36,189 nucleotides of DNA, from the NCBI GenBank assembly GCA_036276435.1, contig DASUOW010000083.1, forward strand, positions 1-36,189, written 5' to 3'. Below, piece after piece: positions 27,869 to 36,185 of the stretch (position 1 is the first letter of the stretch; every line of letters begins with the position of its first letter). The DNA comes from Gemmatimonadales bacterium. GTDB lineage: Bacteria > Gemmatimonadota > Gemmatimonadetes > Gemmatimonadales > GWC2-71-9. The position numbers and the translations under genes are program-made. Under the pieces are notes generated by a model. That model was given only the letters and a program-made list of their open reading frames with translations. It was not told where the DNA came from and made no database searches.

Positions 27869-29503
27869 TCATGGCGCCGATCTGGCCCGTCCGGCATCGG
27901 CGAACTCGGACGTGCTGGCCCAGATGGGTTGGTTGGCGGCCGATGCCACCGCGAGCACGACACGGGCCACGACGCGCATCTGCTGCACCGCGCCATCCAC
28001 GGAGTAGGCGGGGAGCCACTCGTCCTGAGGCCGATGATATCGATCGGCGTCGTACGCCGCCCGCTGCGCCTTCCCCCAATCGGCGGGCCGTCCGACGAAG
28101 TCGAGCCCACTCGAGAGCGAAAGCGCCGGCACCCCCGCCTTCGCGAAGGGGAAGTGGTCGGAGCGGAAGAACGACCCGGTGATGCGGGCGCGCGGGTCGT
28201 CGACGACTCGCAGTCCTTCGGCGCGCGCGGCCTGCGCGAACACCGTGCCCAGCGAGGAGTGCTCCGAGCCCAGGGCGCCGATGTCGCGGGTGCGGCCGTG
28301 GAGATTGACGACGTCCACGTTCATCACCGCCACCAGGCGGCGCAGCGGCAGGGTGGGCCGGCGCGCGAACGCCTCGGAGCCGATCAGTCCCGACTCCTCC
28401 GCGCCGAACGCCATGAACAGCACGCTGCGCGCGGGGCGCACGCCGCTGGCGACGAACGCCTCGGCGAGGGCGAGCACGGCGGCGGTGCCCGACGCGTTGT
28501 CCTGTGCGCCGTTGTAGATGGAATCGCCATTCACGGGCTGGCCAATGCCGAGATGGTCGTAGTGGCCGCCCACCAGCACCGCCTCGTCGGCGTGCGGTCC
28601 CTTGCCGGGCAGTCGCGCCACGACGTTCGCGGTCTCGCTTCGCGTGAGGGTGCTTCGTACCAGCGCTCGCATCGTCACGCCGAGCGGCACGGCGCGGAAT
28701 CCCGGACGGGCCGCGGCCGCCGAGAGCCCGGCGAGGTCCTGGCCGCCGGCGGCGAGCAGCCGGCCGGCCGCCTCCTCGGTGAGCCATCCCGCGGCGAGCA
28801 GCGGCCCGGGCGTGCGCGCGAGGCGCACCTGCGTCTTGGACCACGAACCCATCACCGTGCTCCACGGATACGTCGCGCTCTCGGTGGTGTGCACCAGCAG
28901 GATGCCGGCGGCTCCCTGCCGCTCGGCCTCCTCGAGCTTGTAGGTCCAGCGACCGAAGTAGGTGAGCTCCCTGCCGCGGAAGAGGGTCTCGTCACGCAGG
29001 CCGGGGTCGTTCACCAGCGCCACGATGATCTTGCCCTTCACATCGGCGCCGGCGAAGTCATTCCACTTCGAGTCCCGCGCATCGATGCCGTAGCCGACGA
29101 ACACCACCGGCGCCAGGACCTCGACTTCCGGTTCGTCGCGCATCGACCACAGCACGTAGTCGTCGCGGTAGCGGAGCGCGCGGCGTTCGGGGGCCGTGAT
29201 CTCGAGTTCGGGCTGCGGGGTGTGGGTCACGACGGGGATGCGATGGAACCAGGTGCCGTCGTCGCCGGCCGGCTCGAGGCCCAGGCGGGCGAACTGCGCC
29301 GCGATGTACCTGGCGGCGAGATCCCCACCGCGCGTCGCCGGGGCTCGGCCCTCGAGCGCGTCGTCCGCGAGGAACGTCAGGTGGGCCTGAAGGGCCTCGG
29401 GCCGGATGGCGGACGCCAGGCGCGTCGCGGGCGGAGACTGCGCGCCGAGGGTCGGGGGCGCACCGAGGGTGATGGCGCAGAGGGCAGGCAGGAGCGAACG
29501 CAT
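27869..29503 (-). CDS. Secreted M28-family peptidase with PA (protease-associated) insert
   Basis: Signal peptide MRSLLPALCAITLGAPPTLGAQ. M28 blocks VLVGGHYDHLG, GAQDNASGTAAVL, FMAFGAEESGLIGS, SDHFPFAKAG. GGAGA SD-like motif 5 nt upstream. Confidence 0.9.
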   Translation of the reverse strand: MRSLLPALCAITLGAPPTLGAQSPPATRLASAIRPEALQAHLTFLADDALEGRAPATRGGDLAARYIAAQFARLGLEPAGDDGTWFHRIPVVTHTPQPELEITAPERRALRYRDDYVLWSMRDEPEVEVLAPVVFVGYGIDARDSKWNDFAGADVKGKIIVALVNDPGLRDETLFRGRELTYFGRWTYKLEEAERQGAAGILLVHTTESATYPWSTVMGSWSKTQVRLARTPGPLLAAGWLTEEAAGRLLAAGGQDLAGLSAAAARPGFRAVPLGVTMRALVRSTLTRSETANVVARLPGKGPHADEAVLVGGHYDHLGIGQPVNGDSIYNGAQDNASGTAAVLALAEAFVASGVRPARSVLFMAFGAEESGLIGSEAFARRPTLPLRRLVAVMNVDVVNLHGRTRDIGALGSEHSSLGTVFAQAARAEGLRVVDDPRARITGSFFRSDHFPFAKAGVPALSLSSGLDFVGRPADWGKAQRAAYDADRYHRPQDEWLPAYSVDGAVQQMRVVARVVLAVASAANQPIWASTSEFADAGRARSAP

Positions 29504-29542
29504 CCGGATCTCCGAATCTCCGAGGGATCAGGCTGGAAGCGA

Positions 29543-29576
29543 CATGGGTCGTCCGGCGAGAGCCGGACGACCCATG
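29543..29576 (-). terminator. Hairpin downstream of the cytochrome c gene (15-bp perfect stem, GAGA loop)
   Basis: catgggtcgtccggc (29543-29557), gaga loop, gccggacgacccatg (29562-29576). 21 nt after the stop at 29598. No clear U-tract. Confidence 0.6.
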
Positions 29577-29597
29577 CGTGACACGCCAAGGCAGGAC

Positions 29598-29987
29598 TCA
29601 GGACGAATGGCTGAGCGTCCAGACGTAGGCCGAGACGGCCTTCACATCCTCGTCGCTGATCTGCGAACCGCCCTTGGCCGGCATCGGGCCCTTGCCCAGC
29701 TTGGCCTCGCCGGCGGCGACGCCCTTGGTGACGAGCGCGACGATGCCCGCGAAGTCACCGTCCTTGACGTGCACCCACTCCTTGTCCGTCAGGTTCGGGC
29801 CGACGGCACCCTTGGCCTCGGGACCATGGCACGCGAAGCACAGCCCGGTGCCCTTGTAGATGGTCTTGCCCTTCTCCACCATCGCCGGCGTCACGCCCGC
29901 CGGCAACTTGGCCTGCGCAGCCGCCGGAGCGGCAGCAGCGACGGCCAGCGTGGCGACGAGAAGGCCGAGACGAGTCAGCGTCTTCAT
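29598..29987 (-). CDS. Small periplasmic class I c-type cytochrome
   Basis: Trimmed to ATG 29987 (GGGAG plus a 6-nt spacer). Signal peptide MKTLTRLGLLVATLAVAAAAPAAAQA. Heme motif CFACH. Distal Met candidate in GPMPAKG. Confidence 0.85.
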   Translation of the reverse strand: MKTLTRLGLLVATLAVAAAAPAAAQAKLPAGVTPAMVEKGKTIYKGTGLCFACHGPEAKGAVGPNLTDKEWVHVKDGDFAGIVALVTKGVAAGEAKLGKGPMPAKGGSQISDEDVKAVSAYVWTLSHSS

Positions 29988-30319
29988 GAACGACTCCCTG
30001 GGAATGGTTGGCGCGACACGGGGCATAGCCTCACGACATTTTACGTACGTCGCCCCGGAACACAAGGCTGCCGAGCGCATGCCTTGTACCACCCTCCAAC
30101 TCCCTATTCCGCCGAGCGAGCCGGGTTCCTGATGGTTCGATCCGGGACGATTTGTCCCCGTTCATGGACACTGCGGCTCGCGGAGGGTCAGGGCGCGGAG
30201 CGCCCCGGAGCCTTGTTTCGGCCGTGTCCGGCAAGCGCTGTACGTCCCTTGGCGCGGTTTCCTCCGTCCGCTACGATTCGCCGAGCCGACTTGAGACACC
30301 TGCCCTGGAGCCTGCCGAG

Positions 30320-30550
30320 ATGCTGGTCGCCATTCAGTACTGCGTCGTCTGAAACTACGAACCGCGAGCCGCCGGTCTGGTGGCTGAACTGGAAGCAGCC
30401 TTTCCCGGGGTGCAGACGCGGCTCGAGCCGTCGTCCGGCGGCGTGTTCGTCGTGACGGTCGACGGCGAGCAGGTGTTCTCGAAGAAGGCGGAGGGGCGCC
30501 ACGCCGAGCCCGGGGAAATCGTCGCACGCATACGCGCGCTGCGCGGCTGA
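30320..30550 (+). CDS. SelW-like / Rdx-family thioredoxin-fold selenoprotein, in-frame TGA (Sec) at 30350-30352
   Basis: Manual translation gives MLVAIQYCVV-U-NYEPRAAGLVAELEAAFPGVQTRLEPSSGGVFVVTVDGEQVFSKKAEGRHAEPGEIVARIRALRG. It matches the Rdx pattern I-x-YC-x-x-C/U ... G-x-F-x-V-x-VDGE ... GR-x-P-x-P-x-E. The TGA falls exactly at the second redox position (CVVU). GC3 stays high after the TGA. The ORF track ends at the TGA (30152..30352). Confidence 0.75.
30367..30385 (+). promoter_or_regulatory. Candidate bacterial SECIS hairpin
   Basis: AGCCGCC (30367-30373), loop GGUCU, GGUGGCU (30379-30385). The stem is 7 bp including one G-U pair. The loop begins 21 nt after the UGA and contains GGUC, as in the E. 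coli fdhF SECIS apical loop. Confidence 0.45.
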
Positions 30551-30567
30551 GCAGACCAAGGAGCAGG

Positions 30568-31647
30568 ATGCGCATTGCAGTCAACACGGGCGGCGGGGAC
30601 GCGCCCGGCCTCAACGCCGTCATCCGCGCGGTGGTGCTCGCGGCCCACCACCGGGGGTGGCAGACCTACGGCATCCAGCGCGGCTACGACGGCCTGCTGG
30701 CCTTCCAGGGCGTGGTGCACCTCGATCCCGACGACGTGCGCGGCATCACCAGCCAGGGCGGCACCATCCTCGGCACCACCAACCGCGGCAATCCGTTCCG
30801 CAGCGTGGCCACGCTGCCCGATGGCTCGCGGCAGGAGGTCGACCGCTCGGACGAGCTGATCGCCGCGTTCCGCGCGAGCGGCTTCGAGGCGCTCGTGGCC
30901 ATCGGCGGCGACGGCAGCCTGCAGATCGCGGCCGGCCTCGCGGCCAAGGGCCTGCCGGTGGTGTGCGTGCCCAAGACGATCGACAACGACGTCGCCGCCA
31001 CCGAGCAGACGTTCGGCTTCGACACGGCGGTGAACATCGCCACGGACGCCATCGACAAGCTCCACTCCACCGCCGAGAGCCACCAGCGCGTGATGGTGGT
31101 GGAGCTCATGGGGCGCGACACGGGCTGGATCGCGCTGCACAGCGGCATCAGCGGCACCGCGGACGTGATCCTCATTCCGGAGATCCCGTTCGACATCGAG
31201 AAGGTCTGCGACAAGATCCGCGACCGCGACGCCACCGGGAAGCACTTCAGCATCGTCGTCGTCGCGGAGGGCGCGCGCCCGGTGGACGGCGACGTGGAGC
31301 TGCTCGAACGCCGCGGCGCCGGCACGGTGGACCGCCTCGGCGGCATCGGCAGCAAGGTGGCGCACCTCATCTCCGAGCGCGTCGACAAGGAGGTGCGCTC
31401 GCTGGTGCTCGGGCACCTGCAGCGTGGCGGCTCGCCCACCACGTACGACCGGCTGCTCGGGCTCCGCTTCGGCACGGCGGCGGTGCAGGCCATCGCCGAC
31501 TGCGACTACGGCACCATGGTGGCACTCCGCGGCACTGGCATCGTGCGCGTGCCGCTCGCCGACGCGGTGGGCCGGCAGCGGAAGATCCCGCTCGACTCCG
31601 ACATCATCACCACGGCACGGTCCCTTGGAATCAGCCTCGGTGACTGA
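30568..31647 (+). CDS. pfkA: 6-phosphofructokinase (PfkA family; phosphoryl donor not decidable from sequence)
   Basis: GGGDAPGLNA, IGGDGS, PKTIDND and MGR motifs. AAGGAG 4 nt upstream of the ATG. Gly at the GGDGS position (ATP-type) but Lys in PKTIDND (PPi-type/group III). Confidence 0.93.
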   Translation: MRIAVNTGGGDAPGLNAVIRAVVLAAHHRGWQTYGIQRGYDGLLAFQGVVHLDPDDVRGITSQGGTILGTTNRGNPFRSVATLPDGSRQEVDRSDELIAAFRASGFEALVAIGGDGSLQIAAGLAAKGLPVVCVPKTIDNDVAATEQTFGFDTAVNIATDAIDKLHSTAESHQRVMVVELMGRDTGWIALHSGISGTADVILIPEIPFDIEKVCDKIRDRDATGKHFSIVVVAEGARPVDGDVELLERRGAGTVDRLGGIGSKVAHLISERVDKEVRSLVLGHLQRGGSPTTYDRLLGLRFGTAAVQAIADCDYGTMVALRGTGIVRVPLADAVGRQRKIPLDSDIITTARSLGISLGD

Positions 31648-33694
31648 GCGGGCCGCCACGCCCGCCCATCCCCCCACGCGCGCCGAGCCCGTGGTGGACG
31701 TGCTCCACGGCGAGCCCGTCCACGATCCGTATCGCTGGCTCGAGCAGGGCGACGCGCCCGAGGTGGCGGCGTGGACCGCGGCGCAGAACGCCTGCACCGA
31801 GGCGTGGCTCGCCGCGCGGCCCGTGCGTGCGACGATCCGCCGGCGGCTCGAGCAGCTGCTCGCCATCGGCAGCATCGGCACGCCCACGCCGGTGCACGGC
31901 CGCTACCTCTACCAGCGGCGCGACGGCGCGCAGAACCAGCCGGTGCTGTACGTGCGCGACGGCGTCGAGGGCGTCGACCGCGTCGCGGTGGATCCCAACA
32001 CGCTCGCCGCCGACGGCACCACGGCGCTCGACTGGTACCATCCGAGCCCCGACGGCCGGCTGCTCGCGTACGGCCTCTCCACCGACGGCAGCGAGCACAG
32101 CACGCTGCACGTGCTCGACCTCGGCACGCTCGCGCCGCTGCCCGACCGCATCCCGCGCACGCGCGCCGCCGACGTGGCGTGGCTCCCTGACGCGAGCGGC
32201 TTCTACTACACGCGCTACCCGGCGCCCGGCGAGGTGCCCGAGGGCGAGGAGCCCTACCACCGCGCGGTGTGGTTCCACCGCCTGGGCGACGATCCGGCGC
32301 ACGACGCGCCGGTCTTCAAGCCCGCGCAGAAGGAGCACTGGCCGGGCGTGTCGCTGTCCGAGGATGGGCGCTGGCTCATCGTCGGCGTCGCGCGCACCTT
32401 CGACCAGACCGACCTGTACCTCGCCGACCTCGCCAGCGGCGGCGAGCTCCTGCCGGTGGCGAAGGACCTCCCCGCGATCTTCGATGGACAGGTCGTGCGC
32501 GGTACGCTCTTCATCCGCACGAACGAGGGTGCACCGACCTTCCGCGTCTACGCCGCCGAGGTCGCGCGACCGGAGCGCGCCAACTGGCGCGAGGTGGTCC
32601 CGGCGCGTCCGGACGCCGTGCTCTCGAGCCTCGGTGTCACGCGCGAGTGCCTCGTACTCGACTATCTGGAGAGGGCCTCCGCGCGACTGTACCTCGCGGG
32701 GCTCGACGGACGCGACGTGCGAGAGCTGCCGCTGCCGGCCATCGGCAGCCTGTTCGGGCTGGGTTCGGAGCCGGACGGCACGGAACTCTTCGTGGGATTC
32801 TCGTCGTACACGGTGCCGCCGAGCATCTACCGCGTGGACCTCGTGAGCGGCGAGCGGCGGCTGTGGAAGCGGGTGGAGGCCGACCTCGAGCCGGAGCGCT
32901 TCGCGGTGGAGCAGGTCACGTACACGTCGCGCGACGGCACGCCGGTGACGATGTTCATGGTGCGCCGCCGCGACGTGGTGCCGGGCGCGGGCGCGCCGTG
33001 CTACCTCACCGGCTACGGCGGGTTCAACATCTCCATGACGCCGGCCTTCGCGCGGTCCCTGCTGCTGTGGCTCGAGCGCGGGGGCATCGTGGCGGTGCCG
33101 AACCTGCGTGGCGGCGGCGAGTACGGCGAGGGATGGCACCAGGACGGCATGCTCGGCCGGAAGCAGCACACCTTCGACGACTTCATCGCGGCCGCGGAGT
33201 GGCTGGTCGCCGAGCGATGGACCACGCCCGCCCGGCTCGCCGTCGCGGGAGGATCCAACGGCGGGCTCCTGATGGGGGCGGTGCTCACGCAGCGGCCCGA
33301 CCTGTTCCGTGCGGTGGTGATCCAGGTGCCGCTGCTCGACATGCTGCGCTACCACAAGTTCCTCATCGCGCGGCTGTGGATCCCCGAGTACGGCTCGCCC
33401 GACCATCCGGAGCAGTTCCGCTGGCTGCGCGCCTACTCGCCGTATCATCACGTGGTGGAGGGGACGCCGTATCCCGCGGTGCTCCTCGCCACGGCGGAGA
33501 GCGACAGCCGGGTGGACCCGATGCATGCGCGGAAGATGGCCGCGCGGCTGCAGCAGGCCACGTCGTCGGGGCGGCCGGTGCTGCTCCGCCTCGAGGCGAA
33601 GGCGGGCCACGGCGCGGGCAAGCCGCTGGCGAAGGTGCTCGACGAACTCACCGACACCTGGACGTTCATCTTTCACGAGGTCGGCCTCGCGTGA
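31640..33694 (+). CDS. Prolyl oligopeptidase (S9A serine peptidase)
   Basis: Start set at GTG 31640, overlapping the pfk end by 8 nt. N-terminal DPYRWLE motif. Beta-propeller region. Catalytic GGSNGGLL (Ser), D in ESDSRVDP and H in GHGAG. Confidence 0.92.
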   Translation: MTERAATPAHPPTRAEPVVDVLHGEPVHDPYRWLEQGDAPEVAAWTAAQNACTEAWLAARPVRATIRRRLEQLLAIGSIGTPTPVHGRYLYQRRDGAQNQPVLYVRDGVEGVDRVAVDPNTLAADGTTALDWYHPSPDGRLLAYGLSTDGSEHSTLHVLDLGTLAPLPDRIPRTRAADVAWLPDASGFYYTRYPAPGEVPEGEEPYHRAVWFHRLGDDPAHDAPVFKPAQKEHWPGVSLSEDGRWLIVGVARTFDQTDLYLADLASGGELLPVAKDLPAIFDGQVVRGTLFIRTNEGAPTFRVYAAEVARPERANWREVVPARPDAVLSSLGVTRECLVLDYLERASARLYLAGLDGRDVRELPLPAIGSLFGLGSEPDGTELFVGFSSYTVPPSIYRVDLVSGERRLWKRVEADLEPERFAVEQVTYTSRDGTPVTMFMVRRRDVVPGAGAPCYLTGYGGFNISMTPAFARSLLLWLERGGIVAVPNLRGGGEYGEGWHQDGMLGRKQHTFDDFIAAAEWLVAERWTTPARLAVAGGSNGGLLMGAVLTQRPDLFRAVVIQVPLLDMLRYHKFLIARLWIPEYGSPDHPEQFRWLRAYSPYHHVVEGTPYPAVLLATAESDSRVDPMHARKMAARLQQATSSGRPVLLRLEAKAGHGAGKPLAKVLDELTDTWTFIFHEVGLA

Positions 33695-33719
33695 CGCGCA
33701 GCCCGGCCCGGGAGCAGTG

Positions 33720-34244
33720 ATGATGCGCTCGACGACCCGAAACGGCGACCCCGCCGCGTACGCGCTCGCCATCCTGCGGGTGTGGGTGGGCCTCTGGTTC
33801 GCGAAGGCGATCGTGACGAAGATGAGCTTCGGGCTCCTCGGCGTCCTCCCCGGCGCGTCGCCGCGCTGGATCGAGACGATGCCGAAGATCATCGGCCGGC
33901 AGATGGCGGAGAACCCGATCGGCTGGTACAAGGCGTTCGTGGAGGGCACGGTGCTGCCGAACGCGGCGACCTTCGCGCACCTCACGGCGCTCGGCGAGGC
34001 GGTGGCCGGGATCCTCCTCGTGCTCGGCCTCTTCACGGGCGTGGGCTCGCTGATCGCGCTCCTGCTCACCATCAACTACGGCCTGGCCACCTGGCACATG
34101 TCGCCGGCGAGCCAGGGATTCCACTACACGCTGGCGGCGGTGATGGTGGCACTCTTCATCGGGCGGGCAGGGCTGACGTGGGGACTCGACGGCCTGCTGG
34201 CGGACCAGCGGCAGTGGTGGGGCGCGAAGCGCCCCTGGAGCTGA
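33720..34244 (+). CDS. DoxX/DoxD-like integral membrane protein
   Basis: Trimmed to ATG 33720 (GGGAG upstream). Four predicted hydrophobic helices with DoxX-like spacing. Family call is moderate. Confidence 0.6.
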   Translation: MMRSTTRNGDPAAYALAILRVWVGLWFAKAIVTKMSFGLLGVLPGASPRWIETMPKIIGRQMAENPIGWYKAFVEGTVLPNAATFAHLTALGEAVAGILLVLGLFTGVGSLIALLLTINYGLATWHMSPASQGFHYTLAAVMVALFIGRAGLTWGLDGLLADQRQWWGAKRPWS

Positions 34245-34769
34245 TCAGTACGCGCTGCGGCTCATGTTGAAGATCGCCGAGCCGTCCACCTCGCAATAGG
34301 CGTCCTTCTGGGTGTAGAGCACGCAGAACATCCCGTCCATCTTCCACCGGCGCCACCACATCAGCATCACGCCGCGATCGGCGCCGGAGAACCGTTCGTA
34401 GGGCCGCTCGCCATCGATCAGCGCGATGTGGGTGTGCACGGTGCCCTGATAGAGGGGCGGGCCGCAGGTGTCGATGGATGCCTGCGCCGAGACGCCGAGG
34501 GAGTCGGCGCTGGTGGGCTCGAGCGGCAGGACGCGCTCGACGAACACGGTGTCCTGGCGGATCACGCCGCCGATGCAGGCCACGTACTCGCGCTTCTCCG
34601 CCGAGCTGCGGGTCCACAGTTCGCGCAGGCCGGCGCTCACCTCGGGGACGAAGCGGAAGCGCGAGGGGTAGCGCTGGGTGGCCGGGGCCGGCGGCAGGGC
34701 GTTCTGGGCGCTCAGGCGCGCAGGCGTGAGCAGGACGGCCACGAGGAGCAGGTCGCGGAGACGGGGCAT
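34245..34769 (-). CDS. Secreted hypothetical protein with possible JAB/MPN-like metal motif
   Basis: Trimmed to ATG 34769. Signal peptide MPRLRDLLLVAVLLTPARLSAQ. E-x-x-x-C-x-G-G (EYVACIGG) then HTH-x13-SGAD resembles the JAMM pattern E...HxH...SxxD, but the spacer is longer than the classical one. Confidence 0.5.
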   Translation of the reverse strand: MPRLRDLLLVAVLLTPARLSAQNALPPAPATQRYPSRFRFVPEVSAGLRELWTRSSAEKREYVACIGGVIRQDTVFVERVLPLEPTSADSLGVSAQASIDTCGPPLYQGTVHTHIALIDGERPYERFSGADRGVMLMWWRRWKMDGMFCVLYTQKDAYCEVDGSAIFNMSRSAY

Positions 34770-34822
34770 CACGCTGATCCGTAAGGGAGCCACGTGATAC
34801 CCACGTCCCTGCGCCGGGTTCG

Positions 34823-35905
34823 TCAGGGCTTCGGGCCGATGGCGACGCCCCACGGCACGCCACCCGCCGGGATGGTCTTCGTGACGGTGAGCGTCTTCGT
34901 GTCCACCACGCTCACGTCGTTCGAGGGGCCATTGGCCGTGTAGAGCTTGCTCCCATCGGGCGTGAGCGCGATGCCCCAGGGGCGCTTGCCCACCGCCACC
35001 GAGCCCGTCACCGAATCGGTGGCGGCATCGATGGCCACCACCTGACCGGCGCGGCCGGTGCTCACGTAGATCGTCTTCCCATCCCGCGTCACCGCGATGC
35101 CCATCGGCTTCGCCTCGCCCGGCAGCTTGATGGTGCCGATCACCTTCCGCGACGCCACGTCCACGACCGAGAGCGACCCATCGGCCTCGTTGGTGGAGTA
35201 CGCCCGCGTGGCGTCGGGCAGGAATCCGACGCTGCGCGGCCGCATGCCCACCTTCACGCTGGTGGCCTTCATGCCGGTCTCGGCGTCGAGCACGGTGAGG
35301 TCGTGGTCGGTCTCGCCGGTGATCCAGACCGTCTTGCCGTCGGGCGACACGGTGACACCCTCGGGCTCGCGGCCCGTCTCCACCGTGGCCCGTACGGTGC
35401 CCGGGCCGATCTCCACGATCGAGGCGGTGCCCGCGTCCTCGTTGGAGACGTAGAGCAGCTGGCCGTTGGCCGAGATGTCGAATGCCTCGGGGTCGGAGCC
35501 GCCGGGGATCACCTTCGTCACGGCGCGCGTGGCGGCGTCGATGACGGCGATCCCGTCCTTCGACTTGTCGACCTTGAGCTTCTCGCACTCCTCGTCCGGC
35601 ATCGTCGGCGGGCACTTGGGGCTGCCGCTCAGCGCCACGAAGACCGTCTTGCCGTCGGGCGTCACCTTCACGCCACGCGGGCGCGTGCCGACGGCCACCG
35701 TCGCGACCACCGAGTCGGCGCCGGTGTCGATGATGGTGAGCTCGTTCGAGTCCTCGTTGGTCACGTACGCGAGGTAGCCCGGGCTCGCGGCGGCGGCGCC
35801 GGCGGCGGTGTCCTCGTGCCTGGCCTCCTTCGCGCACGCGGCGGCGAGGAGGAGGAGCGGGAGGCCGGCGAGGAGCCGGAACGGGACGGCGGAATCAGCG
35901 CGCAT
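34823..35905 (-). CDS. YVTN-family beta-propeller repeat lipoprotein
   Basis: Lipobox LLLAAAC. Repeated about 40-residue units YVTNEDSNELTIID, LYVSNEDAGTASIVE, AYSTNEADGSLSVVD, LYTANGPSNDVSVVD. Confidence 0.85.
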   Translation of the reverse strand: MRADSAVPFRLLAGLPLLLLAAACAKEARHEDTAAGAAAASPGYLAYVTNEDSNELTIIDTGADSVVATVAVGTRPRGVKVTPDGKTVFVALSGSPKCPPTMPDEECEKLKVDKSKDGIAVIDAATRAVTKVIPGGSDPEAFDISANGQLLYVSNEDAGTASIVEIGPGTVRATVETGREPEGVTVSPDGKTVWITGETDHDLTVLDAETGMKATSVKVGMRPRSVGFLPDATRAYSTNEADGSLSVVDVASRKVIGTIKLPGEAKPMGIAVTRDGKTIYVSTGRAGQVVAIDAATDSVTGSVAVGKRPWGIALTPDGSKLYTANGPSNDVSVVDTKTLTVTKTIPAGGVPWGVAIGPKP

Positions 35906-36185
35906 CGAAGATCGCCTTGTCCTTGTTGCGGGCGCCGTCGAGACCCTTCATGCGGTCCCGCCCGGTGACCCTGGTGAAGATGGCGCCGGCGACGTCGGCC
36001 TTGTCGAAATCGGCATCGGTGACGTCGGCGCCGGTGAAGTCGGTGCCCACGAGGTCGGCGTTGGCGAGGTTGGCGCCGACGAGCTTCGCGTCACGCAGCG
36101 AGGCGTAGGAGAAGTCGGCCTTGAACAGGTTCGTGCCCACGAGCGTGGCCCCGGTGAGGTCGGCGCTGACGAACTGCGCGCGCAT
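35895..36185 (-). CDS. Pentapeptide-repeat protein (may extend beyond window end)
   Basis: A(D/N)LxG/A-type pentapeptide repeats throughout (ADLTGATLVGTNLFKADFSYASLRDAKLVGANLANADLVGTDFTGADVTDADF). The stop overlaps the YVTN start by 11 nt. The ATG at 36185 is only 4 nt from the window edge, so the true start is uncertain. Confidence 0.75.
   Translation of the reverse strand: MRAQFVSADLTGATLVGTNLFKADFSYASLRDAKLVGANLANADLVGTDFTGADVTDADFDKADVAGAIFTRVTGRDRMKGLDGARNKDKAIFDAR

Noticed and set aside
30134-30143. GGTTCGATCC, a T-loop-like word, raised the possibility of a tRNA (even tRNA-Sec) next to the selenoprotein gene.
   Set aside because: The flanking bases do not form a T-stem. No acceptor, D or anticodon arms can be drawn around it.
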